Of a DNA stretch of 64,000 bases, positions 1 through 12,062 are shown in pieces. Within the stretch, counting starts at the first letter, position 1. Every line of letters starts with the position of its first letter. This DNA comes from Malacoraja senta (Eukaryota), in NCBI GenBank assembly GCA_038087875.1, contig CM075989.1:21826001-21890000 (forward strand), given 5' to 3'. A program made the translations under genes and the position numbers. The notes under the pieces were generated by a model. That model had not been told where the DNA came from and made no database searches. It worked only from the letters and a program-made list of their open reading frames with translations.

Positions 1-494
1 TGTTTTTCTCGATACACACACTTTTAACTAAAACATTAACCCATTAAAAAATAAACAGGTTGATGCCTTTGTTGAAACAGTTGGGAAAGGAATGTCATAC
101 ACGGTGTCAAATGTTCATACACTAACATTGTAACTGTCAGTTCGAGGGGTAGGGCAAAGTTTGAGACGATAGAGATGTTTTAACAACCCAATACTCTCTA
201 TGGGAATATGTAATGCCAATGGTATAGTTGACTATGTGACCAAATGAGGTGTGAGAATTAGTTACATATCTACGATTTATTACTGACATTGCATGCTGCA
301 CAATGTAACACACAACTAGTGCACAGAATTGGCTAGAATTGTTTTCAATTTTAGCTGCAATCCAGGTCAAACAACTGTCTCTCATGTAAGGAAACAATTT
401 TCTCAGTATCATGTAATTTTCTTGCTTTGAGATTCTGACGATTAGCTGGTGTTTTAAACCAACAAACAGACAACTTTGTATTGAAGTTTCAGCA

Positions 495-795
495 GGGTGG
501 CGCAGCGGTAGAGCTGCTGCCTCACAGCGCCAGAGACCCGGGTTCGATCCTGACCACGGGGGCTTTCTGTATGGAGTTTCTACGTTCTCCCCCGTGACCG
601 CGTGGGTTTTCTCCGGGTGCTCTGGTTCCCCCCCCCCACACTCAATAGATGTACAGAATTGAAGGTTACTTGGCTTCAGTTAAAAAATATTGTAAATTGT
701 CCCCCAGTGCTAGTGTGCAGGGGGGTCGCTGGTCGGTGCGTACTCGGTGGTCCGAAGGGCATGTTTATACGTTGTATCTCTAAAGTCCAAAGCAA
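495..795 (+). mobile_element. tRNA-derived V-SINE (HE1-like), near full length
   Basis: tRNA-like head with A box (TGGCGCAGCGG) and B box (GGTTCGATCC), central V-domain-like GTGGGTTTTCTCCGGGTGCTC, CR1-like 3' tail ending GTATCTCTAAA. One of about 40 copies in the window. Confidence 0.85.
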
Positions 796-1837
796 AGTTT
801 AAAGTAACAATTTACTGGTAGAGCTGCTGCCTCGCAGCACCAGAGATCCGGGTTCAATCCTATCCTCGGGATGCTGTGCCAGTGTGGAATTTGCACATTC
901 TCTCTGTTTCCACCAGCTGCTCCGGTTTCCTCACACATCCCAAAGACATGCAGATTTGTAGGTTAAATGTGTGATGTTTGGTGGACTGTGTGGGGTGGGA
1001 GGACCCATTGCTCCTCCCGTGCAGTAGGTGGCGCTGCACAGGACAAAGGGAGATGTTTTGTATATAGTTTATCCTGTCTGTAGACACTGTGTGTGTGTGT
1101 GTGCAGCCATATTGAGTTGTCTTGCTGCCAGCATTGGGTAAAGCATTAAAGACTTCTGTTGTAAATTAAAGACTCTCAAGTTTTGTGCAAACCTAGGATA
1201 AGAACACGAAAAAATGGACAAGAAAATGAATGGACAAGAAAGTGGTAATAACATGTAACTGGTGTGAAAGGGTGATCGATGGTTGGCATGGACTGTTTCT
1301 GTATTGTATTTAGTTTTAGAAATACAGCGCGAAAACAGGCCCTTCGGCCCAACGGGTCCGCGCCAACCAGTGATCCCCGCACATTAACACTATCCTACAC
1401 ACACTAAGGACGAATTTTATATGTACCAAGCCAATTAATCAACATACCTCTACGTCTTTATCTATTAACTAAACAATTAAAATACTTGCATTTTGCAAAG
1501 CAACATTTCTTGCAGGGCCTTTCTGTAGGGAGGCACACAGCTGCAAGAATGTACTGAGATTCACTCTCAGTATACTTCTGTTCTCAAAGTGACAACAAGC
1601 AATACTAAATATGGTTTACTCATAGCAAATGTATTCATGAAATATAACCAGATTGCTTAGGCAATCTTACACAATATACCAATATAGTTTAGTTCAGTTC
1701 ATAGATACAGCGCAGAAACTGTTTATTGTGGTGGTAAGGAAAAGTACAAGGTAAAAAAAAAAAGGTAACAATTTTAAAACAATAATCAAACATATCTTCA
1801 ATACAGCTTTGAGTTTGGTAACGTACTTCTGACCCAT

Positions 1838-1965
1838 CTGAAGAATGGTCTCGACCCGAAATGTCACCTATTCTTTTTCTCCAGAGATGATGCCTGACTA
1901 GTTGAGTTACTCCAGTACTTTGTGTCTATCCATGATATAACCCAGCATCTGCAGTTTCTTCTGAC
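1838..1965 (+). mobile_element. Short Penelope-derived element starting at a degenerate hammerhead-like motif
   Basis: CTGAAGAATGGTCTCGACCCGAAATGTC followed by the family tail (GAGTTACTCCAG...CAGCATCTGCAG), matching the sequence downstream of the GIY-YIG remnant at 53626-54335. Confidence 0.75.
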
Positions 1966-2061
1966 AAATTTCTTCCCTCATTGATTTCACCATGCAGAGA
2001 ACCAGGTTGCTATTGTGACCAAATTCAGAAATCCACTTTTCCCATTATATATTTTTTAGAT

Positions 2062-2280
2062 TAATTTAGTTTAGAGATACAGAGCAGAAACAGACCATTC
2101 GGCCCTCCGGGTCCGCACCAACCAGTGATTCCCGCACATTAACACTACCCGACACATACCAGGGACAATTTTACATTTTACATTTAGACCATGCCAATTA
2201 ACCTACAAACATGTATATCTGGAGTGCGGGAGGAAACCGATGATCTCAGAGAAAACCCACGCAGGACATGGGGAGAACGT
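2062..2280 (-). mobile_element. V-SINE, 5'-truncated
   Basis: Reverse complement of the SINE tail and V-domain; (TTTAG)n terminus on the left. Confidence 0.8.
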
Positions 2281-3633
2281 TCCTATAATTTAATTCCTCT
2301 GGGTAGACTCAATTCACACTTTGTCTTCTAGAAGTTAGAAAATTAATTATACTTGCTTTAAATATTCAGTATTGTCTGACTCAATAAAATTGTCGAATTG
2401 ATCAATTCATAACAGAAAGGAAGGAATGCTTATATTTTAAGTGCCACACTTATTCAAAATCAGGCTTTGTTAATTCCTTTTCTAATTTGTCTGAAAAGGT
2501 GTTGCCAAAAATGTATTCAGAAGGAAACTCAGGTTTTGACTGGATGATAAGAAGGTTGGAGGTCAAATGTTGATCAAAGGTCAAAGTTGGTAAGGGCTGG
2601 ATGTCAGACTAAGTGATCATTTCGTTTAGTTTAGAGATACAGTGCCTCGGTCCACCGAGTCCGTACCGACCAGCGATCCCCGCACATTAACACTATCCTA
2701 CACACACCAGGGACAATTTACATGTAGATGAAATATGATGCTCCATGGCCAAATGAAGTGGCACCACCAGTTCCTGGAGTATTAATGAAGTTAATATTGA
2801 TAATTGTTATCTCATTCAGTTCAGACTTGACAGGTTGCAGATGCTGAGAGATCAAAAGTAAAACAATGATAATATTCAGTGTCATTCCACCCAGAGAGCC
2901 CATCAAACACTAACACCTTTTATTCATATACAGTGGAAAATTCATTTTGGCAACCACAACAAAGGGCAAAATGAGCAAATATTTTTTTAATTGGATCTGA
3001 GCAATAGCGTTCATATTAATTTTCAAATATAATCAAAACAAAAATCACACCCGTCCAAATGTCCTTCCCAAAGCACTAATCAGGAAGTTCCTTTATGTCA
3101 CTTTGTGCTTTGAGAGCAGTCAGTAAAAATGATCGGATTTTATTGTTTGCACTCTGTATTGTAGTAAGTAGCACTTACGATGTGTGGCTGGCAGGATTGT
3201 GTGCCTGAGTAGCTCGGGAATACACAATCCCACATGTATTAAGAACGAGGAGAAAGATCAAATCAACAGGCCCCCCTTCTTTCCTGTTCTGTTATTCATT
3301 AAGATCATGGCAGAGTTTTACAGTAAATTGCATTAGATGTGGGATTCAAACACACACCCTGTAAATAGAGACCCAGAGACACTAACCCTTAGTGAAGGCA
3401 AGCATTATCAACCTTTCAGTATGGTTCCTCGAACCACACGACCATTCACACTGAAGCCAAGGTGATCTTCATTCCTGCACTTGTAATTGTAAAAGGCTAG
3501 ACCAAGGGCTGGGCCAGAATAACATGATCTCCCTCCACACCTGACAACCTGAGAAGCCTCCAAGGTAGGGTATTTTGCTTGCTCATGAACTTGTGCCCCC
3601 ACCACCCTGAACCCACTCACACCCTGCACTTCC

Positions 3634-3952
3634 ATCAGGCTAGAGGTACAGAAGTGTGAAAACGCACACTTCCAGATTCAGGGACAGTTTCTTCCCAGCT
3701 GTTATCAGACAACTGAACTGTCCTATCAACAACTAGAGAGCCGTCTAAACTCATTTGGAGACCCTCGGACTATCTTTGATCAGACTTTACTGGCTTTATC
3801 TTGCATTCGATGTTATTCCCTTATCATGTATCTATAAACTGTGGACGGCTCGATTGTGATCATGTATTGTCTTTCCGCTGATTGGTTAGCACGCAACAAA
3901 AGCTTTTCACTGTACCTCGGTACACGTGACAATAAACTCAACTCAACTAAAC
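3634..3952 (+). mobile_element. Rex1/Babar-like LINE 3' end
   Basis: Degenerate RT C-terminus (RYRSVKTH..SRFRDSFFPAVIRQLN-like), then a 3' UTR with the TGTACCTCGGTACA stem, GACAATAAA and a (CTCAA/CTAAA)n tail. The same UTR occurs on - at about 8368-8595 and 54020-54265. Confidence 0.65.
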
Positions 3953-4126
3953 GAAAAGCCCCTCTCCAACAACCCTCAAATTCTAGATGGCTCACCGAGC
4001 ACGATAAAGAACAGAAGTCCTCAACTATGTGATCTCTTCACATTGGTCCTTGGCAGTGTTCCTACTCGATAACTCACTCTACTCAGATGCCCCCATTTGC
4101 TGCACAATTTCCCAGCCGCAGACCTC

Positions 4127-4468
4127 AGGGCGGCACGGTGGCGCAGCGGTAGAGTTGCTGCCTCACAGCGCTAGAGACCCGGGTTCGATCCCGACTACGG
4201 GTGCTGCCTGTGCGCAGTTTGTATGCTCACCCCGTGACTGCGTGGGTTTTCTCCGGGTGCTCCGGTTTCCTCACACATTCCAAAGACGTGCAGGTTTGTG
4301 GGTTAATTGGCTTCGGTAATATTGTCCCAAGTGTGTGTGGGATAGAACTAGTGTATAGGGTGATCGCTGGTCGGTGGGACTCGGTGGGCTGAAGGCCTGT
4401 TTCCATGCTGTATGTCCAAACTAAACTAAACTCAACTAAACTAAACTACACTAAACTAAACTAAACTG
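4127..4468 (+). mobile_element. V-SINE, full length
   Basis: GGGCGGCACGGTGGCGCAGCGG head, B box, V-domain, tail and a long (CTAAA)n. Confidence 0.9.
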
Positions 4469-5091
4469 AGAAGAGAAAAGCAATTTAGTCTCGACAGCAG
4501 CTATGAGAGGGTTAGAGGGTTAGAAGTTGGTGATGGGTGAAACCAAGGAATTTCTCTGATGGGATGAAATAAATTGGGAATGTTGTGTAATTAAAGCCTT
4601 TTCTCCATGTGACGCATCACCAATGCTCAGTCTGGTTTACAGGGAAGGGCAACGGATCTGAGACATAAAAATGTGCTTCCCTTTCCACAGATGCTGCCTG
4701 ATCTTCTGAGTGTTTACAACATTTTCTGTTTGTAGCCCAGAAATGCTAATTGTAAGGCACTTATCAAATATCAGTAATCCAAGCGACGATTTTCAAGAAT
4801 GAAATCTCAGAAAATTACAATCGAGAAACAGGCCTTTGTACTTATCCACTGGGTACTCACGATTAGCTCACACTGACCTTTTCATTTACAACTGCTGCTT
4901 ATTTTGCTCTCCATGCCATTTAGTTTTTTTTCCCCTCTTTCTTTCCACTCTTGTTGTAAATAATATTTAGAGTCCTCTCAGCAAAAGCTCACAGAAAATA
5001 TTTCCACACTAAGTATTCGAAGTAAATCTTTCTGGTTTTCACTTGCTTCCATCAAAACTGATCAGAGGAAACAAGCCGTCATCAGCTTCTG

Positions 5092-5406
5092 GGATGGTGG
5101 TGCAGTGGTAGAGTTGCTGTCTTACAGCGCCGGAGACCCCGGTTCGATCCCGACTACGAGCGCTGTCTGTATGGAGTTTGTATGTTATCCCCGTGACCCG
5201 CATGGGTTTTCTCCGGGTATCTCCGGTTTCCTCCCACACTCCAAAGACGTACAGGTTCGTAGGTTAATTGGCTTGGTATAAGTGTAAATTGTTCCTAGTG
5301 TGTGTAGGATAGTGTGAGAGTGTGGGGGATTGCTGGTCGTCGCAGATTCGGTGGGCTGAAGGGCCTATTTCTGTGCTGTATCTCTGAACAAAACTAAATA
5401 AACTAA
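5092..5406 (+). mobile_element. V-SINE, full length
   Basis: Same architecture as 4127-4468. Confidence 0.9.
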
Positions 5407-5604
5407 AATCATAATTTTCCTTGTTAGACCCTTTTATAAGCTTGAATGCCTCTATTAGGGCCAACTCTCTAGCCTACTTGGATTTGGTAGCAAAGTTCTA
5501 ATTCCTGGAGGCCTGACTCTCAGAGTTAATTGCAATAGGATCTAAAATGTCCCGTCATTTGCAGTGCGACTTTGCTGTGTAATAAGTTTCTGAACAGTTA
5601 ATAG

Positions 5605-5900
5605 TTCAACGGTGCTTTATTTGTCACGTATGCGACTGCCCAGTGAGATTATTTTTCGCATATTACACATGCTGGCGCCGCCATTTTGGGTGCCATTATT
5701 CAAAGTCCAAAGTCCGGTCGGCCCTCCGGCCACCTTTGTGTCCCGGGGGCACCTCCCGCAGCCAACCTTGAAGGCACTGGAGGCATTACTCTACCGCCCC
5801 CCCCCCCCGCACGCTCCTCACGACCGGCGTCTCCAGCTCAACACCCGGTCACGCCGACCGACGAACCTTCGGGCGATTTCCCGGCCCTGCCGACCGACTA
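5605..5900 (-). mobile_element. GC/CpG-rich unclassified retroelement fragment
   Basis: Abrupt GC-rich block in an AT-rich context. The minus strand ends TGACAAATAAAGCACCGTTGAAC, resembling the GACAATAAA tails of other LINE ends in the window. Confidence 0.45.
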
Positions 5901-7221
5901 GATAATAGCACAGCTCTGCTTCATTTACTTGACTTTTGAAGAATGCGACAAATTCTGCTCTTTTGTTGATCTATCTAGCAGCAAGAAAGAATGCAAGTTT
6001 AAATAGTTAAAGTGGAATGAGGAATGCGCGGTGGAATGTATAGAAAAACGAGAGGCCTGCTGACATTTGATTTTAGTATCATCGCTGGGCCTCACTCAAA
6101 TGGTCCCGGCATGTTGCCTTATAGAGAAAGGTCAGTAGACAATAATTCTTTGTTCTGAATCCCAGAGTAACAGTGAAACAAATATGTCCATCTCTAATTT
6201 GTTCCTAATCAGATGTGTTTGGTCTTTATTTCAAGTGCCTGTAACTACCACAAGTCAACCTATTAGAGTATTTGTCATCGCTGCATGCCATTATTCAACT
6301 TTGCAATGCCAAACTAAAAACTAAAAAAAATTTTGTCCTTGAGGAAGCTTGCAAAATATGTGGATAAACTCACTCAAATTATACAGAGCGTATAATAGGA
6401 TACTGTGATAATAACGTGTTTTAATAACTCAGGTATAAACTCTACAAACGCAATTCCGATTCTCCACGAATTTAGAAAGCGGCAAATTATTCAGGAAGCA
6501 ATTAGCAGTATACAATTTATTCTTTTACAAGATAATAGGCACTTGACAGTTTAGGAGCTGTATTCCCAGAAGTTTATATTAATCCAAAAATTGATTTGAA
6601 TCAAGAAAAATTCTAAAAATCAAAGTTAATTAGATTTTTGACTACTGGAGTGGCAGCTAATTATATTTTACAACTGCTGAATCAAAAACAAAAGTGTCCA
6701 TTATTGTTAAACCCATATAATGGCATCATAATCCTCGGGCCCAAATAAAATGAAGTTGCAACATATTAATACTTAAGCTTCAGAGCGTATCATTTCTGAG
6801 AGAGCTGCACCACGTAAAGGCAGATGTAAAACCGTCATTTACAGTACATCTGATGAGCCTTCTAATTAACTGAACTATTTACAGCGCTGTGGTCCTCTAC
6901 AACCAGTTTCTCCATTATCTTGACAGTCAACAAACTAGTCCCATTACAGCAAAGCAGATCTAATGCCCCAGGCAAAGCTGTTTGGTACTGCAAATTGTCT
7001 GAGGATAAAAGCCAGTGCAATAATCAGCTGTTCTCAGCATTATCAAAACACAACATTTCCCAGACCGTACCTGAAGCTTCTTCCACACAGCCATCGGGCT
7101 ATCAAACACTACAGCCTCCAAATAAGCTCGGAATAACATTGACTTGGGAGCATTGGTTTGTCTTTTTGCACTATTATTGTTTGTATTGTGTGTATGTAAG
7201 TATGAGTTTAAGTATGTATGT

Positions 7222-7630
7222 AACATTCAAAGTAACGTTAGCAAATTTGCAGATGACACAAAGCTGGGTGGAAGTGTGAACTGTGAGGAGGATGCTCTGA
7301 GAATGCAGGGTGACTTGGACAGGTTGGGGGAGTGGGCAGATGCATGGAAGAAGCAATTTAATGTGGTTAAATGTGAGGTTATCCACTTTGGTAGCAAAAA
7401 AAGGAAGGCAGATTATTGTCTAAATGGTGTCAAGTTGGGAAAAGGGGAAGTACAACGGGATCTGGGGGGTCCTTGTTCATCAGTCAATGAAAGTAAGCAT
7501 GCAGGTACAGCAGGCAGTGAAGAAAGCGAATGGCATGTTGGCCTTCATAACAAGAGGAGTTAAGTATAGGAGCAAAGAGGTCCTTCTGCAGTTGCACAGG
7601 GCCCTAGTGAGATCACATCTGGAGTATTGG
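7222..7630 (+). mobile_element. CR1-clade LINE RT fragment (frameshifted)
   Basis: SKFADDTKLGG...LQGDLDRL.EWA..W...FNV.KC.V.HFG and LVRSHLEY motifs split over ORFs 7144-7563 and 7424-7675. Confidence 0.9.
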
Positions 7631-7669
7631 GTGCACCTGAAACATCACCTATCCATTTTCTCCAGAGAA

Positions 7670-7947
7670 ATGTAGGAAGGAACTGCAGATGCTGGTTTAA
7701 GCCGAAGATAGAGACAAAATGCTGGAGTATCTCAGCGGGACAGGGAGCATCTCTGGAGAGAAGGAATGGGTGATGTTTTGGATCGAGACGTCTGAAGATC
7801 TAGACTGCTCTAGTCTGAAGATCGAGACGTCTGAAAATCTAGACTAGTCTGAAGAAGGGTCTCGACCCAAAACGTCACCCATTCCTTCTCTCCGGTGATG
7901 CTACCTGTCCCGCTGAGTTAGTCTTGCACTTTGTGTCTACCTTCGGC
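7670..7947. mobile_element. Penelope-derived inverted pair (arms about 7670-7790 - and 7849-7947 +)
   Basis: Two family arms in inverted orientation meeting at the hammerhead-like motif, with a 26-bp local duplication between them. Confidence 0.8.
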
Positions 7948-8927
7948 ACACTATCAGTTTTGGGATGTGCTGAGATTCAGCATTCGATTGTGAACTTTTT
8001 GCACAGCACTTCGGTGTGGAAAAGCAGCGTGTGTATTTGAGACATCCAGCACCATGACATCCACCCGTGAAAGTGTAAGTGCAACCGGGACCCATCTCTG
8101 GAAGTGTAACGCTGCTGGTGTCTTGCGAGATCTTGTGACTCAGTGTAGAATGGGGGTCAGGAAAAGTCAGTGTGGTTTTATGAATAGATCTATTGTCTGA
8201 ATTGTCGCCATCTGTATCACTGATCCCAACACACAAAACATTTAAAAAGACAAGAGTCTAAGAGGTCATTCTAACGGTAAAATAACTGAAAGCGCTGCAG
8301 AAATGTGGTCTGTAAATGACTGTTGTTGGGTTTATACAGGACATTCAGAATCTTGTGAATATCTCAGTTTCAATTCAGTTTATTGTCACGTGTACCGAGG
8401 TACAGGGAAAAGCTTTTGTTCCGTGCTTTCCAATCAGAGGAAAGACATGATTACAACTGAGCATTTACAGTGTCTAGATACATGATAAGGGAATAACGTT
8501 TAATGCCAGAAACATTTGATCAAGGATAGTCTGATGGTCACCAATGAGGTCGATAGTAGTTCAGTACTGCTCTCTGGTTCTGGTAGGATGACTCAGTTTA
8601 GTTCTACTTTGAAATCTTCACATATATATATCTAATATATTTCTCGGGAGATGCTGGCTGACCTGCTGAGTTACTCCAGCACTTTGTGTCTATCTTTGGT
8701 ATAAACCAGCGTCTGTAGCTCTTTGTTTCTACACTAAGTTGTTGATTATGTTGGCTGCTTTTCCAAGGCAGTGTAAAGTGTAGATGGAGTCAATGATGGG
8801 AGGTCTGGTCTGGACTGGGCTACATCTAAAACTCTCAACAATTTAAGAAGTTAACAAGTATCTGAATGAAGCGCTTGTATTGTTGAGCTTTGGAAGACCA
8901 GTCTATCTTGGATATTAACTTTAGCTC

Positions 8928-9929
8928 CATAGATACATAGATACATAGAAAATAGGTGCAGGAGTAGACCATTCGGCCCTTCGAGCCTGCACCGCCATTC
9001 AATATGATCATGGCTGATCATCCAACTCAGTATCCCGTACCTGCCTTCTCTCCATACCCCCTGATCCCCTTAGCCACAAGGGCCACATCTAACTCCCTCT
9101 TAAATATAGCCAATGAACTGGCCTCAACTACCCTCTGTGGCAGAGAGTTCCAGAGATTCACCACTCTCTGTGTGAAAAAGTTTTTCCTCATCTCGGTCTT
9201 AAAGGATTTCCCCCTTATCCTTAAGCTGTGACCCCTTGTCCTGGACTTCCCCAACATCGGGAACAATCTTCCTGCATCTAGCCTGTCCAACCCCATAAGA
9301 ATTTTGTAAGTTTCTATAAGATCCCCTATCAATCTCCTAAATTCTAGCGAGTATAAGCCAAGTCTATCCAGTCTTTCTTCATATGAAAGTCCTGACATCC
9401 CAGGAATCAGTCTGGTGAACCTTCTCTGCACTCCCTCTATGGCTATAATGTCCTTCCTCAGATTTGGAGACCAAAACTGTACGCAATACTCCAGGTGTGG
9501 TCTCACCAAGACCCTGTACAACAGCCGTAGAACCTCCCTGCTCCTATACTCAAATCCTTTTGCTATGAAAGCTAACATACCATTCGCTTTCTTCACTGCC
9601 TGCTGCACCTGCATGCCTACTTTCAATGACTGGTGTACCATGACACCCAGGTCTCGCTGCATCTCCCCATTTCCTAATCGGCCACCATTTAGATAATAGT
9701 CTGCTTTCCTGTTTTTGCCACCAAAGTGGATAACCTCACATTTATCCACATTATACTGCATCTGCCAAACATTTGCCCACTCACCCAGCCTATCCAAGTC
9801 ACCTTGCAGTCTCCTAGAATCCTCCTCACAGCTAACACTGCCCCCCAGCTTAGTGTCATCCACAAACTTGGAGATGTTGCCTTCAATTCCCTCATCCAGA
9901 TCATTAATATATATTGTAAATAGCTGGGG
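8928..9929 (-). mobile_element. CR1-clade LINE 3' end with uninterrupted RT C-terminal frame (9027-9863)
   Basis: 278-aa ORF with DDTKLGG, LVRPHLEYCVQFWSP, RGHSL and FFTQRVVNLWNSLP; 3' UTR GGGCCGAATGG-type stem and (CTATGTAT)n tail; 5'-truncated. Confidence 0.95.
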
Positions 9930-9995
9930 TTACTGCTATTTACTGCCCAATTCAATATTGCTGAATGAGCCCCACCATCAATCCTTCCACAGGAC

Positions 9996-10282
9996 GGGCA
10001 CGATGGTGCAGCGGTAGAGTCGCTGCCTCACAGTGCCAGAGATCCTGGTTCGATCCTGACGACAGGTGCTGTCGGTACGGAGTTTGCACGTTCTCCCCGT
10101 GACTGTGTGGGTTTTCTCCGGGTGCTCCGGTTTCCTCCCACATTCCAAAGACCTACAGGTTTGTAGGTTAATTGGCTTCAGCAAAAATTGTCCCCAGTGA
10201 GTAGGCTCATGCTAGTGTCTGGGGTGATCGTTGGTCAGTGTGTGGAAAGGACTTTTTCCGCGCTCTATCTCAAGAGTCTAAA
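9996..10282 (+). mobile_element. V-SINE, full length
   Basis: tRNA head, V-domain and tail present. Confidence 0.85.
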
Positions 10283-10387
10283 GACTTAGCCATAGCTGTC
10301 TAATAGCTGACTAAGGTCACTCATTCAGAATGGGTGACTCACATCTGAGTTACTCTTGGTGTTAGGTCTGCCAATAATGGCTTAATG

Positions 10388-11263
10388 TAGTTTAGTTTAG
10401 ATTAGAGATACAGTGCAGGAACAGGCCCTTCGGCCCACCGAGTCCAAGCCGACCAGCGATCCCTGCACATTAACACATTTTGCAACATCAACCGACTCCA
10501 ACTGGTCCAGAACACTGCCGCCCGACTCATTACCCACACCAAATCCTGGCACCACATCACCCCAGTTCTCAAAGAACTTCACTGGCTTCCCATTTCCCAC
10601 CGGATCATCTACAAAATCCTGGTCCTCACCTACAAAGCCCTCAACCACTTGGCCCCCCCCTTATCTCACTGACCTCCTCTCCCCCTACCAACTCTCACGG
10701 TCCCTCAGATCCACATCAGCTGGTCTCCTCTCCACTCCGAAATCAAACCTCTGCACTTTTGGAGGCAGAGCCTTCTCCAGGGCAGCTCCCAGGCTCTGGA
10801 ATTCCCTCCCACAACTGATCCGAAATTCTGAGTCCCTCACCATCTTCCAGTCCCGCCTCAAGACCCATCTCTTCACCTCTGCATACCCTTAGTCCCATGT
10901 CCCCCTCCCCTTTGCATCTCTGTCTTACTGCTCTATTTTTTAATTTATTTTTTTACTCTCAATGTAAAGCGACTTTGAGTCCTTGAAAAGCGCTATACAA
11001 ATAAAATGTATTATTATTATTATTATTAACACTACCCTACACACACTGGAGACGATTTTACATTCATAACAAACTGATTAACCTACAAATCTGTACGTCT
11101 TTGGAGTGTAAGAGGAAATCAAAGATCTCGGTGAAAACCCACGCAGGTCACGGAGAGAAGGTACAAACTCCATACAAACAGCACCCGTAGTCAGGATCGA
11201 ACCGGGAACCCGTGGATCTGGCACTGTAAGGCAACAACTACTGCTGCATCACCGTGCTGCCCT
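10388..11263 (-). mobile_element. V-SINE interrupted by an L2 insertion
   Basis: SINE tail at 10388-10476 and remainder at 11027-11263; TTAACAC on both sides of the insert. Confidence 0.85.
10477..11028 (+). mobile_element. L2-clade LINE 3' end
   Basis: RSLRS...GGRAFSRAAPRLWNSLP..IR...SL..FQSRLKTHLF typical of the L2 RT C-terminus; TGTAAAGCGACTTTGAG...AAAAGCGCTAT stem-loop and (TAT)n tail. Confidence 0.9.
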
Positions 11264-11731
11264 TAGTAACTGAAATAAAATCATCAGTCAAATTCCGTAG
11301 ACTGAAAACTGAGTGTTATTCCCTAACCATGAATCCTTCAGCATCAGATTGCCGAACCTCCGAGTTGAATTTACATCGAGCAAAATCTTGAAAATTCAGG
11401 TAAAAATGCACTGCTGTTTTAAATATTCTATCGTAAAAGAGCCAAATGCATCATTTAGTTGCTGGATGGCTCACCTTGCTTGTGGGTTCCAAAGAATATT
11501 GTTTCTCGTTTGGAATGTAAAATGAAACTAAATGCTGAAAGTTTCAATTTTAATGAAGTCTTTTGTTAAACTTAAAAATTACCAGATTTACCAGGTCATA
11601 GCAGAACATTAGGTTCAGCATTTCTACTCTGAACTTTGAATCCATGTGTTGATAGATATCACATCTGAGTCCCTCTTGGAGTAATAATGGCTTAATTAAC
11701 TGAAATATAATCATCATACTAACAAATGCAC

Positions 11732-12062
11732 TTGCGTTGTGGAATTATTTGCCACAGAAGGCTGTGTGGAGGCGAAGTCAATTGATATTTTTAAGGGAGA
11801 GATAGATAGATTCTTGATTAGTGCGGGTGTCAGGGGTTATGGGAAGAAGGCAGGAGAATGGGGTTAGGAGGGAGAGATAGATCGGCCATGATTGAATGGC
11901 GGAGTCGACTCAGTCTGAAGAAGGGTCTCGACTCGAAATGTCATCCATTCCTTCTCTCCAGAGATGCTGCCTGTCCTGCTGAGTTACTCCAGCTTTTTGT
12001 GTCTATCTCTGGCGGAGTAGACTAGATGGGCCGAATGGCCTAATTCTGCTCCTATCCCTTAT
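11732..12062 (+). mobile_element. CR1 3' end containing a 99-bp Penelope-derived insertion (11911-12009)
   Basis: CR1 tail split by the insert; flanking repeat TGGCGGAGTCGACT (11897-11910) / TGGCGGAGTAGACT (12010-12023). Confidence 0.85.

Noticed and set aside
4127..4205. tRNA-like sequences with A and B boxes (many copies)
   Set aside because: They are SINE heads continuing directly into the V-domain, not standalone tRNA genes.
7937..8236. 99-aa ORF in unique sequence (also 2718-2906, 6920-7279, 50032-50406, 62289-62816)
   Set aside because: No recognisable domain, several run into repeats, and the lengths are compatible with chance.
9027..9863. 278-aa ORF as a host gene
   Set aside because: It is a 5'-truncated CR1 RT C-terminus with no true start codon or endonuclease domain.
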